Assembly (NCBI GenBank): GCA_022510765.1 | Contig: JAFLSU010000003.1 | Span: 5,508 to 69,507 of the forward strand | DNA: 64,000 nt | Direction of reading: 5' to 3' | From: Christensenellaceae bacterium | Lineage (GTDB): Bacteria > Bacillota > Clostridia > Christensenellales > CAG-138 | In this document: positions 29,503 to 38,369 of the stretch, piece by piece | Layout: every line of letters starts with the position of its first letter | How positions within the stretch are numbered: position 1 is the stretch's first letter | Position numbers and translations under genes: made by a program | Notes under the pieces: model-generated | The model's database searches: none | What the model was told of the DNA's origin: nothing | The model's input: only the letters and a program-made list of their open reading frames with translations

Positions 29503-29721
29503 GTGACTATGACTACCACCAGCAATTCCAGGCAGCTTAAGCAGAAGCTTTCAGGCTTCAAGAACGAGGTTGCAAGTTCCATGAACATCAACCTTCAGCA
29601 GGGCTATAATGGCGATATTTCCGCTCGTGATGCAGGCCGTATCGGCGGCCAGATGGTTAAGCGTATGATAGAATACGCCGAAAGCAACATGAACGGCAAC
29701 GGCGGCAACATGATGAAGTAA
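29503..29721 (+). CDS. Small acid-soluble spore protein, alpha/beta type (second copy)
   Basis: KNEVASSMNINLQQGYNGDISARDAGRIGGQMVKRMIEYAE. AAAGGAG precedes the GTG at 29503, and ATG at 29509 is an alternative start. Confidence 0.92.
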   Translation: MTMTTTSNSRQLKQKLSGFKNEVASSMNINLQQGYNGDISARDAGRIGGQMVKRMIEYAESNMNGNGGNMMK

Positions 29722-29782
29722 GCACTTCCGAGCCATACCGGTGAACCTATCGGTGATCCCATCGGCTATTGTTACCCCTAAA

Positions 29783-29817
29783 AAATCCGTTACCCGGATA
29801 GCTCGGGTAACGGATTT
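29783..29817. terminator. Bidirectional rho-independent terminator between the SASP genes and the thioesterase gene
   Basis: Perfect 14-bp stem, AAATCCGTTACCCG with CGGGTAACGGATTT, and a 7-nt loop. It is flanked by an A-run upstream and a T-rich sequence downstream. Confidence 0.75.
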
Positions 29818-29861
29818 GCATATTTCAAAGATCATTAAAGTGCTATGTCAATTTGCAAAAA

Positions 29862-30272
29862 TCACTCGTCAGATTGAGCTGACAGCCGTTTCGCTTTTTC
29901 GTTGATTCGGCTCATAAACTTTACGTCATCGATGATAAAGCGTTCATGCGTTCCTTCGCCAATGAGATCAAAATCATCAAAGGCTTCGACTTTAAATACC
30001 AGCCGCCGACCATCGATCTCGATGAGTTCGCTCTTGCATGTGATCTTCGACCCTATCGGCGAAGCACTGAGATGCTTTATGTTTACAAGCGTTCCAACAG
30101 TACCCATTCCATTCTCCAGCTCTGCTTGGACGCTCTCAGAACAGGTATATTCCATGAACGCGATGAGTGCAGGAGTAGCATAAACGGGAAGTAAGCCGCT
30201 GAGAAGGTGCGCAGCGGTGGTTTCGTTCGTAACTGTCGTGCTTTTCAAGCCATTGATGCCAATTTCTAACAT
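29862..30272 (-). CDS. Hotdog-fold thioesterase family protein
   Basis: About 136 aa from ATG 30272 (MLEIGING...). The pattern TAAHLLSGLLPVYATPALIAFME...GTVGTLVNIKHLSASPIG...GTHERFII is typical of the small predicted-thioesterase family. The ORF track extends to 30362. Confidence 0.65.
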   Translation of the reverse strand: MLEIGINGLKSTTVTNETTAAHLLSGLLPVYATPALIAFMEYTCSESVQAELENGMGTVGTLVNIKHLSASPIGSKITCKSELIEIDGRRLVFKVEAFDDFDLIGEGTHERFIIDDVKFMSRINEKAKRLSAQSDE

Positions 30273-30388
30273 TATTTTACAGCCTTTCGATTGACATAGT
30301 TTTCTTTTGAACGAAGCTCTCTCCGTTTTGTGCATTATAATGCTTTGAGTTAGCTTTTTCAAGATTATTATACGATTTTTTCAGTCGA

Positions 30389-30416
30389 TTGCAATCTCAC
30401 GTCAATATGGTATAAT
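30389..30416 (+). promoter_or_regulatory. Candidate sigma-A promoter (extended -10) for nadE
   Basis: TTGCAA (30389..30394), 16-nt spacer ending in TGG, TATAAT (30411..30416). Confidence 0.5.
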
Positions 30417-30455
30417 CTGTATAGTCTTTTATAATGACCCGATTCGGAGGTTGAA

Positions 30456-32432
30456 ATGAAAAACGGATTTTTAAAGGTTGCAGCCGTTTCGCCAAAGATA
30501 CGGCTCGCGGACCCAAAATATAATGCTGATTTAATTATAGACGCAATAAAGCAAGCGGACGAAAAGGGCGTAAGACTTGTTGCCTTCCCCGAACTCGTCA
30601 TGACAGGATATACCTGCGGTGATTTATTCATGCATGAGCTGCTTCTCAACACCGTAGTGAGCGAGCTTAAGCGCATAGCGGAGGAAACGAAGGAATGCAA
30701 GCTTGTTTCGATCATCGGTGCGCCGATCTGCGTAAAAGATAAATTGTATAACTGCGCCGTTGTCGTTTGCAGAGGTCAATTTATTTGTGCTGTTCCCAAA
30801 ATACATCTGCCGAATTACGGAGAATTTTACGAAAAGCGCCATTTTGCGTCTGGGAAATATATAGATGATGATGAAATTTGGTGCGACGAGCTGCTTTGCC
30901 ACGTCGAACCGAAATTGGTCATTCGTAGCTCCGAGATACCAAATTTTCGTTTCGGCGTGGAGATCTGTGAAGATCTGTGGGTCTCCGATCCCCCGTCCAA
31001 TGCCATGACCGAAGACGGAGCACTCATCATCGTAAACTGCTCTGCGGGCGATGAAACCATAGGCAAGGCGGATTATCGAAAAAACTTGGTTGCCGTACAG
31101 TCGGCAAAAACCTGTTCCGCATACATCTACTGCGGTGCGGGCGAAGGCGAATCCACATCGGATATGGTGTTCTCAGGGCATAGCTTCATATATGAGAACG
31201 GTGTTCTGCTTGCGGAGAATAAGCCGTTTGAATCGGGTATGCTGATTACTGAAATCGATTTAGACAGACTCTGCTATGAGCGACGCCTAATGAATAGTTT
31301 CAGTCAAGACTTACATGATAAAAAGTTCCTCTTAACAGAATTCAAAATTTTCGGAGAATATGACAGAAAACGTGACGATGATTCCGTTGTACAGCGGATG
31401 GAACTCCCGATAACTGAACTGACCCGCAAATTTGACCGCAATCCCTTCGTTCCGCACGATGAGGACGAGATCAACGCGCGCGCACACGATATTCTCATGC
31501 TGCAAGCCATGGGGTTGAAACGGCGTTTGGAACATACCCATTCGAAGTGCGTGGTTTTCGGAATCTCCGGAGGACTCGACTCAAGCCTTGCGCTGCTTGC
31601 CTGCGTAAAGACCTGTGACATTATGGGAATGGACAGAAGCTTCATTCACGCTGTCACCATGCCCTGCTTCGGTACGACGCATCACACAAAAAACAACGCT
31701 GTTGAACTTTGCAATGCGCTCGGCGTGACCTTGCATACGATTCCGATCTCCGATTCAGTAAGGCAGCATTTTTCGGATATTGGTCATGATGAAAACGATC
31801 ACAGCATTGTTTACGAGAATGCGCAGGCTCGAATGCGGACACTGGTACTCATGGATCTCGCAAATTCCATGGGCGGGCTCGTGATCGGAACGGGCGACCT
31901 TTCCGAACTCGCGCTCGGCTGGGCAACCTATAACGGCGATCATATGAGCATGTACGGCATTAATTCGGGGATACCCAAGACGTTGATAAAGTATGTCGTG
32001 CGCTACTATGCAAAAACTTGCGGCGATGAACGCATAAAGAATGTGCTTTTCAGCATTCTTGATACTCCAATTTCGCCCGAGCTTTTGCCCGCAGACGAGG
32101 ATGGACATATTGCACAAAGGACCGAGGATTTGGTTGGTCCCTACGAGCTGCATGATTTCTTCCTGTACTATGTGCTGCGCTGGGGTTACCCGCCTGCAAA
32201 ACTGTACAGAATTGCAAAATCAGCATTCGGAGGCAGCGAGTTTACTGACGAAGTCATACTTAAATGGCTTAAAAATTTTTACCGCCGATTCTTTAATCAG
32301 CAGTTTAAGCGCAACTGTCTGCCCGACGGTCCCAAAGTAGGCTCCGTATGCTTATCTCCGCGAGGTGACTGGCGTATGCCGAGCGATGCGTCATGCAGGA
32401 TCTGGTTTGATGAGCTGGAAGCATTGGAGTGA
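30456..32432 (+). CDS. nadE: Glutamine-dependent NAD+ synthetase
   Basis: N-terminal nitrilase/CN-hydrolase domain (FPELVMTGYTCGDLF, EICEDLW) fused to an NAD synthetase domain with the PP-loop GISGGLDSS. Confidence 0.95.
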   Translation: MKNGFLKVAAVSPKIRLADPKYNADLIIDAIKQADEKGVRLVAFPELVMTGYTCGDLFMHELLLNTVVSELKRIAEETKECKLVSIIGAPICVKDKLYNCAVVVCRGQFICAVPKIHLPNYGEFYEKRHFASGKYIDDDEIWCDELLCHVEPKLVIRSSEIPNFRFGVEICEDLWVSDPPSNAMTEDGALIIVNCSAGDETIGKADYRKNLVAVQSAKTCSAYIYCGAGEGESTSDMVFSGHSFIYENGVLLAENKPFESGMLITEIDLDRLCYERRLMNSFSQDLHDKKFLLTEFKIFGEYDRKRDDDSVVQRMELPITELTRKFDRNPFVPHDEDEINARAHDILMLQAMGLKRRLEHTHSKCVVFGISGGLDSSLALLACVKTCDIMGMDRSFIHAVTMPCFGTTHHTKNNAVELCNALGVTLHTIPISDSVRQHFSDIGHDENDHSIVYENAQARMRTLVLMDLANSMGGLVIGTGDLSELALGWATYNGDHMSMYGINSGIPKTLIKYVVRYYAKTCGDERIKNVLFSILDTPISPELLPADEDGHIAQRTEDLVGPYELHDFFLYYVLRWGYPPAKLYRIAKSAFGGSEFTDEVILKWLKNFYRRFFNQQFKRNCLPDGPKVGSVCLSPRGDWRMPSDASCRIWFDELEALE

Positions 32433-32493
32433 AAACCTGCCGGATATGTACTGCATAAAACAGCATTAGTTTATTTATAAATTTGTATTTAGT

Positions 32494-32524
32494 AAGTGGT
32501 ATGGCTGCAAACACCATACCACTT
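32494..32524 (+). terminator. Rho-independent terminator after nadE
   Basis: 11-bp stem, AAGTGGTATGG with CCATACCACTT, followed by a T-rich tail (ATGTTGTAAAATTTT). Confidence 0.7.
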
Positions 32525-32643
32525 ATGTTGTAAAATTTTCATATTAATTCTTGACGCTTTCTGCAAAATGCATTTTAAACGCATAATACCGCCCATTCTG
32601 CTAAAAATAGTCGTATTGAATAAAAACTCTATTCGGAGGTTCT

Positions 32644-33678
32644 ATGGGAATAATCGGCAAACACTCATATCGGCTTGAAAACACTCCGCATATCGTCTCA
32701 TCGGCTTGCTACGTTGGCGACAAGGAAGGAAAAGGGCCAATGCGGGAGTACTTTGATAAAATTTGTAAGGATGACACTCTTGGTCTCGATAGCTGGGAGC
32801 AAGCGGAAAGCCGCATGTTCGAGAGCGCCGTTCGCGTTGCGCTTGCAAAAATCGGAAAGCAGAGCGATGATTTGAGCTGTCTACTTGGAGGCGATCTACT
32901 CAATCAAATCATTTCCGCCGGATATGCGGCGCGCGAGATACGCGCCCCATTCCTTGGACTGTATGGCGCATGCTCAACGATAAGCGAGGGTCTGCTCGTT
33001 GGTGGAATGCTTGTGGACGGAGGCTTTTTGGATTTAGCCGCCTGCGCAGCCAGCAGCCATTTTTCGTCTGCGGAACGCCAGTATCGCTATCCGCTTGAAA
33101 TGGGCGTGCAAGCGGTGCCTACTTCGCAGCGCACGGTTACAGGAGCGGGCAGCATCATAATAAAGAATTCCGCTTCGATGAACGACGAAACGGACTGGTT
33201 TTTTAAACACATTGTGATTACAGGCGGCACGATCGGAAGCGTTGAGGACTATGGCATAACGGATGCAAACAATATGGGGGCGGCAATGGCACCCGCCGCT
33301 TCCGAAACCATCTGTACTCATTTTCGGGATTATTCTAGCAGCCCCGATGATTATGATTGCATAATTACGGGTGATCTTGGAAATTTTGGTTCGGATATGC
33401 TTTATGAACTCTGTAAAAAAGAAGGCTATGATATAAAGGAAAAGCATGAAGATTGCGGGAAAATGATGTTCAGCGAGGATCAGAATGTCAATTGCGGCGC
33501 GAGCGGCTGCGGTTGTGCGGCAACAATCGTAAGCGGTTATTTTCTGCCGCAGATCGAGCGCGGCGTATATAATAAAGTTCTGTTCCTTGCGACAGGCGCG
33601 CTACTGAGTCCTGTGAGCAGCCTGCAGGGCGAAAGCATTCCGAGCATTGCTCATGCCGTAGTGCTTGAACATGTTTGA
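32644..33678 (+). CDS. spoVAD: Stage V sporulation protein AD
   Basis: The 344-aa length, thiolase-like pattern and conserved SpoVAD blocks fit (GDLLNQIISAGYAAR, LGLYGACST, ITGDLG, GCGCAA). It is followed directly by a SpoVAE-like gene. Confidence 0.9.
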   Translation: MGIIGKHSYRLENTPHIVSSACYVGDKEGKGPMREYFDKICKDDTLGLDSWEQAESRMFESAVRVALAKIGKQSDDLSCLLGGDLLNQIISAGYAAREIRAPFLGLYGACSTISEGLLVGGMLVDGGFLDLAACAASSHFSSAERQYRYPLEMGVQAVPTSQRTVTGAGSIIIKNSASMNDETDWFFKHIVITGGTIGSVEDYGITDANNMGAAMAPAASETICTHFRDYSSSPDDYDCIITGDLGNFGSDMLYELCKKEGYDIKEKHEDCGKMMFSEDQNVNCGASGCGCAATIVSGYFLPQIERGVYNKVLFLATGALLSPVSSLQGESIPSIAHAVVLEHV

Positions 33679-33692
33679 TAGGGAGGTAAAAT

Positions 33693-34061
33693 ATGAGCAG
33701 CTTTACTGATTATTTGCTCGCGTTTGCGATCGGCGGCGCAATTTGTGTGGTTGGTCAGCTATTAATGAGCCTAACGAGGTTGACCCCCGCAAGGATACTC
33801 GTTGCCTTTGTTACCGCAGGCGTTATCCTGACGGCGATAGGGCTCTATAAGCCCCTTGTTGACATAGGCGGAGCAGGCGCAACGGTTCCTCTGACAGGCT
33901 TTGGATATTCGCTTGCAAACGGTGCCATCGAGGGCGCTATGAATGAAGGTCTTCTTGGTGCCGTTATGGGCGGTGTCAAAGCAACGGCAGCAGGCATTTC
34001 GGCGGCGGTATTCTTTGGATATCTGTTCGCTTTGATATTCACACCAAAGACAAAGAAATAA
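33693..34061 (+). CDS. spoVAE: Stage V sporulation protein AE (SpoVAEb; SpoVAC/SpoVAEB family)
   Basis: A 122-aa membrane protein: FAIGGAICVVGQLLM...GGAGATVPLTGFGYSL...AAGISAAVFFGYLFALIF. Confidence 0.85.
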   Translation: MSSFTDYLLAFAIGGAICVVGQLLMSLTRLTPARILVAFVTAGVILTAIGLYKPLVDIGGAGATVPLTGFGYSLANGAIEGAMNEGLLGAVMGGVKATAAGISAAVFFGYLFALIFTPKTKK

Positions 34062-34096
34062 TGCGGATCTTGAGTTAGTAACGAGATTGAAAACTA

Positions 34097-34135
34097 AAAC
34101 GCTATGCGGCCGATCGGTGTGTTTGCATAGCGTTT
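34097..34135. terminator. Bidirectional terminator between spoVAE (+) and the pantothenate kinase gene (-)
   Basis: Perfect 11-bp stem, AAACGCTATGC with GCATAGCGTTT. Outer AACTAAA/TTTTAGTT pairing extends it, and both sides are T/A-rich. Confidence 0.7.
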
Positions 34136-34174
34136 CTGTTTTAGTTCAATAATTTGAGATTAAGCTATGAGCAG

Positions 34175-34996
34175 TTAATCCATCGAATGAAGCGCTGCTC
34201 CGACTGCTGTAGCATAGGCAGCATGGTTTGGAACAATGAATTCGATCGGATAAAGTGTTTTAAACATTTCGATAGTTCGATCAAGCTCATTTAGTGCGGT
34301 CAAAGAGCCTGTAAGGATGACCTTGTTGACTTTAGACGCCTTGCACGCAAATACCGCAAGCGTCAGTATCGTCTGCAAAACCATATTAATAAGCCCAAGA
34401 GCCATATCCTTGTCGCTTGCACCATCCTTTATGTTTGCAAAGTTTGCTGCGGTTATCTCTGAGCCAAGCCCTTTTATATCGTTTTTTGAAATGTCACCAA
34501 CAGTGAGATCCACATTTCTTAGATTCCCTTCCGAGGCAAGCAAACACAGGCTGTCAAAATCGGATGCTCCCGTAAGCTTTTTCCCAAGACCCGCTAACGT
34601 GCCGCCGCCAACGCCGCTGCCGCCGATATGCACATACTCGTTACCCTTTGCATGAATAAAAGCCGTTCCCGTTCCCATGCTTACGACAATGGCTTCATCC
34701 GTATCTGCTAGAGCAAGTCCACCACGACCGATAGCTGAAAATTCCTCTATGCGGAGCGTCGGAATACCGTAAATATCACCATTAAGATAGGATGAACCGA
34801 CGCCCGTAACAAGAACGCGCATAACATCGTTAAGCGAAAGCGAGTTTGCGCTGATATAGCTGCCGAGTGCTCCGTACAGCGATGTGACCTGGTCATAAGC
34901 GCGCACCATCATCGTTGAAATCAAGGATCCGTCAGGATTTAGGCCAACGATCTTTGTCGTTGAGCCGCCAACATCAATGCCGAGAATTATGCCCAT
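34175..34996 (-). CDS. coaW: Type II pantothenate kinase (CoaW-like, ASKHA fold)
   Basis: GIDVGGSTTKIVG, SMGTGTAF, IGGSGVGGGTLAGLG and ITAANFANI align with my memory of the staphylococcal type II PanK blocks. The assignment is from memory. Confidence 0.75.
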   Translation of the reverse strand: MGIILGIDVGGSTTKIVGLNPDGSLISTMMVRAYDQVTSLYGALGSYISANSLSLNDVMRVLVTGVGSSYLNGDIYGIPTLRIEEFSAIGRGGLALADTDEAIVVSMGTGTAFIHAKGNEYVHIGGSGVGGGTLAGLGKKLTGASDFDSLCLLASEGNLRNVDLTVGDISKNDIKGLGSEITAANFANIKDGASDKDMALGLINMVLQTILTLAVFACKASKVNKVILTGSLTALNELDRTIEMFKTLYPIEFIVPNHAAYATAVGAALHSMD

Positions 34997-35081
34997 TTAG
35001 GATGCTCCTTTAAAATATGGCATAATTATACTTGATTTTACAAATGCTGTAAAGAGCCTTGAGCGAAAAGTCAACTCAAAC

Positions 35082-35348
35082 TCAGGCAATAAACCCTATT
35101 ACGAGCAGCACTATCACTCCTGGTATGCCGAATATGCCCGTTACAAGCGATGTTAGCCAATTTATGTCGATATAAAACGCCTTAAGATTTAAAAGTCCAG
35201 CAAATACATAATTGAACACGAAGATCATTGCCGCTCCGATCAACGCATTGATGAGCAGCTTAAAAAAGATCTTTATGCTCCATCCAAACAGCTTAAAAGC
35301 TATAAAGATCACGAACAGTACTGCAATAAAGGTGATTAACCCTTCCAA
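35082..35348 (-). CDS. bofA: Pro-sigma-K processing inhibitor BofA
   Basis: An 88-aa two-TM protein with a C-terminal GIFGIPGVIVLLVI resembling B. subtilis BofA (GILGIPGIAALVVI). It lies next to a yaaL-like gene, as in Bacillus. Confidence 0.75.
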   Translation of the reverse strand: MEGLITFIAVLFVIFIAFKLFGWSIKIFFKLLINALIGAAMIFVFNYVFAGLLNLKAFYIDINWLTSLVTGIFGIPGVIVLLVIGFIA

Positions 35349-35374
35349 AATGGTTCCTCCTTTCCGGTTTAGAA

Positions 35375-35581
35375 TCAGTCCGAGGACGCCCGGCTTGTTT
35401 CGAATCCATCTCTACGCTTGTTCAGCATGTAGATGTACTTCTGTCGCGCAGCCTCGACCTCGAGTGCAATGAAACGAACCTCATCGTCCGCAGCGGTTTC
35501 AAAACGCTTCAAAGCATCCCTCCACGCACTTAACGCAGCGTTCAGTTCATCGCTACCATCCTTATTCTTTCTTTTGAACAT
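35375..35581 (-). CDS. YaaL-like small protein (DUF2508)
   Basis: About 68 aa starting MFKRKNK. It is helical and charged, and sits immediately upstream of bofA as yaaL does in B. subtilis. The family assignment comes from context and size. Confidence 0.55.
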   Translation of the reverse strand: MFKRKNKDGSDELNAALSAWRDALKRFETAADDEVRFIALEVEAARQKYIYMLNKRRDGFETSRASSD

Positions 35582-35706
35582 TGTACAATACCTCCGTTTG
35601 CGGTTCAAGTACTTATTAATAAGAATATGAAAAGTATTGCCAATAATGCCGATATAAATGCAATTGCACTATAATCACAAGAATCTCATACGCTCAAAAA
35701 CTAAAT

Positions 35707-35732
35707 GGAGAGCGGTTTTCGTTCCGCTCTCC
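35707..35732 (-). terminator. Rho-independent terminator after lon
   Basis: 9-bp GC-rich stem, GGAGAGCGG with CCGCTCTCC, followed on the minus strand by ATTTAGTTTTT. A second perfect 11-bp hairpin (CAAAACGATTA/TAATCGTTTTG, 35760..35788) sits just after the lon stop. Confidence 0.65.
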
Positions 35733-35802
35733 GGTTTAATATTGCCAATCTTCATTAGTCAAAACGATTAAGCTTTTTAATCGTTTTGAATACTCTTGTT
35801 TT

Positions 35803-38199
35803 CTATGCCGGAACTCCCACATGCACTGTCTCGGCTGAGAGCATCACGGGTTTCACATCCGGCATACGAACGAGGGCATTCCTAAGCACCTCCTCAGAAC
35901 GGTTGACATAGATGATGTCGAGACATTCGGTGATATCGTTCGGAACCTCCGAGACATCCTTGCGATTCTGCTCCGGCAGGATCACGGTAGTTATTCCTGC
36001 GCGAACCGCCGCAAGCAGCTTCTCTCGAAGTCCTCCTATGGGAAGAACTCGGCCGCGAAGCGTAATTTCCCCGGTCATTGCAAGACCAGCCTTAACTGGG
36101 ATTCCCGTCAATGCGCTTGCAACTGCCGTCAGCATGGATATTCCGGCGGATGGGCCGTCCTTGGGTACGGCACCTTCCGGAACATGGATATGAATGTCAA
36201 AATGCTGGTTGAAATCATCCGGCAATCCAAGCTCCTCGGCATGAGCGCGTATACAGGTAATAGCGGCCCTTGCGCTCTCCTGCATCACGTCGCCAAGCTT
36301 ACCCGTCAGTTGAAGCTGCCCCGTGCCTTTAAGTACGCAAACCTCAATTTGCAAAGTGTCACCGCCTACGCTTGTCCATGCAAGGCCGTTTACCATGCCG
36401 ATCTCGGGCTGCGTTTCGGCCTTTTCAAAGCTGTATTTCGGTACCCCGAGGTAATCGTGAACCTTTGCTGCGCTGAGGCGAATTCGCTTCTTGCCTCCGG
36501 CAATATCGACCGCCGCCTTACGGCACACCGACGCAATGCTGCGCTCAAGGTTACGCACGCCTGCTTCTCGCGTGTATCCGCTTACGATCTCATGGATGGC
36601 ATCCGTCGGGAAGGAGATCATGCTCTTTGTAAGGCCATTGGCTTTAAGTTGCTTCGGGATCAAATGCCTTGCCGCGATCTCAACCTTCTCATTGGCAAGA
36701 TAGCTCGGCACTTCAATGATCTCCATGCGGTCGAGCAGAGGACGTGGTATGTCCGCGATATTGTTTGCGGTCGTAATGAACATAACCTTTGAAAGATCAT
36801 AGGGCATCTCAAGAAAATGATCACGGAAAGCAAAGTTTTGAGCGCTATCAAGGACTTCGAGAATCGCGGCGGCGGGATCGCCATGGAAGTCATGGGATAG
36901 CTTGTCGATCTCATCGAAGAGCAGCACTGGGTTGATAGTCCCTGCCTGGCGCATTGCGGCGATGACTCTTCCCGGCATTGCTCCGATATATGTACGGCGA
37001 TGACCCCTGATTTCGGCTTCATCACGGATTCCGCCCAAGCTCATGCGAACGAATTTTCTTCCCAAAGCCTTTGCTATGGATGAAGAAATTGAGGTCTTAC
37101 CGACACCCGGAGGGCCTGCGAAGCAAATGATCTGTCCGTTGACCTTACCCGTAAGCTTAGCAACAGCGAGATGTTCAAGAATGCGCTGTTTGACCTTCTC
37201 AAGACCGTAATGCTCGTCATCGAGTATCCTGCGGGCGTTTTCTATATCCAAATTGTCCTCGCTCATTTCCGTATAAGGCATGTCCAACATGCACTCTATA
37301 AAGGTGCGTAGAGAGGGAGTCTCGTGCGAGCCTGCGGGCAGTGTGGAGAAGCGATCGATTTCCTTCTTAAGGCGGTCGCGAATCTCGTCCGGAAATTCCT
37401 TTGAATTCAGACGCTCACGGAAGCCGTCTGCCTCGTTCTGCTCGGTTTCTCCAAGCTCCTTGCGGATCGCGCGAATCTGCTCACGCAGGAAGTATTCCTT
37501 TTGATTCTTATCGATCTGCTGCTTTACGCTCATTTCGATACGCTTGTTGAGTTTCGCGAACTCCTGTTCCTTGGTGATCAAGTCCAGAAGCGTCACGCAG
37601 CGGGAAACATGTTCCTCCTGCTCGATGAACTGCTGTCTGTCCTCATACTTTTGCAAAGTAATATTCGCAAGCCTAAAGGTGTACGCAATATCATCGGTCG
37701 TCCTTTCGATGGCGTCAAACGCCTCAACAAGGCTTGATTTGCCGATGAATTGGAGGTACTCCCTATATTTCTTAGAAAGCAGCGGCCTCAGCGGCGATGC
37801 TTCATCCGTGATTTGCTCGTCATCATAGGCAATCAAATTTGCGCGAAAGAACGGATCCTCGATAGTATAGCCGTCAACAAGTGCCCTGCAAATGCCTTCC
37901 ACCATGATGCGCATGGTGTCGCCAGGCAGCTTAACAATCTGCTTGATACGACAGATTGAGCCGGTGCTGTAAAGCTGTTCTTTAGTTATATCGCTAAGCT
38001 TAGGGTCGGTCTGTGCAGTCAGAAAGACAATCCCATCCCCTTCCGCAGCAGCCTCGATGGCAGCAACGCTTTTATCACGTCCCGCGTCGAAGCTCATCAA
38101 CGTGTAGGGAAACACGACGAGCCCGCGAAGCGGCACAACAGGTATATTCTCATAATATTTCGTATTCAAATCAATTACCTCTTTCATCCGCTTGCTCAC
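35803..38199 (-). CDS. lon: ATP-dependent Lon protease (LonA)
   Basis: LON N-domain, Walker A GPPGVGKTS, Walker B LLFDEIDK, and protease Ser in PKDGPSAGI. Length is 798 aa. Confidence 0.97.
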   Translation of the reverse strand: MSKRMKEVIDLNTKYYENIPVVPLRGLVVFPYTLMSFDAGRDKSVAAIEAAAEGDGIVFLTAQTDPKLSDITKEQLYSTGSICRIKQIVKLPGDTMRIMVEGICRALVDGYTIEDPFFRANLIAYDDEQITDEASPLRPLLSKKYREYLQFIGKSSLVEAFDAIERTTDDIAYTFRLANITLQKYEDRQQFIEQEEHVSRCVTLLDLITKEQEFAKLNKRIEMSVKQQIDKNQKEYFLREQIRAIRKELGETEQNEADGFRERLNSKEFPDEIRDRLKKEIDRFSTLPAGSHETPSLRTFIECMLDMPYTEMSEDNLDIENARRILDDEHYGLEKVKQRILEHLAVAKLTGKVNGQIICFAGPPGVGKTSISSSIAKALGRKFVRMSLGGIRDEAEIRGHRRTYIGAMPGRVIAAMRQAGTINPVLLFDEIDKLSHDFHGDPAAAILEVLDSAQNFAFRDHFLEMPYDLSKVMFITTANNIADIPRPLLDRMEIIEVPSYLANEKVEIAARHLIPKQLKANGLTKSMISFPTDAIHEIVSGYTREAGVRNLERSIASVCRKAAVDIAGGKKRIRLSAAKVHDYLGVPKYSFEKAETQPEIGMVNGLAWTSVGGDTLQIEVCVLKGTGQLQLTGKLGDVMQESARAAITCIRAHAEELGLPDDFNQHFDIHIHVPEGAVPKDGPSAGISMLTAVASALTGIPVKAGLAMTGEITLRGRVLPIGGLREKLLAAVRAGITTVILPEQNRKDVSEVPNDITECLDIIYVNRSEEVLRNALVRMPDVKPVMLSAETVHVGVPA

Positions 38200-38369
38200 G
38201 CAAACGAGTTAACTTTGTATCGGCATTATACATGCTTAATCGCGTTAACACAACACACAAAGTTTGGTTTACATGCAAATTGCTGTGCGTAATTGCACTA
38301 TCATGTAAACATAAATCAATTTTATTGACATAATGTTGCTTGGCCTGCAAAGATCTTAGAAGACGTAAA

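Noticed and set aside
25137-30362. MBOAT, SGNH, Sfp PPTase and thioesterase read together as a secondary-metabolite or lipid biosynthetic cluster.
   Set aside because: There is no carrier protein, adenylation, condensation or ketosynthase gene, and no transporter. The PPTase and thioesterase are separated by the SASP genes and strong terminators, so these are independent units.
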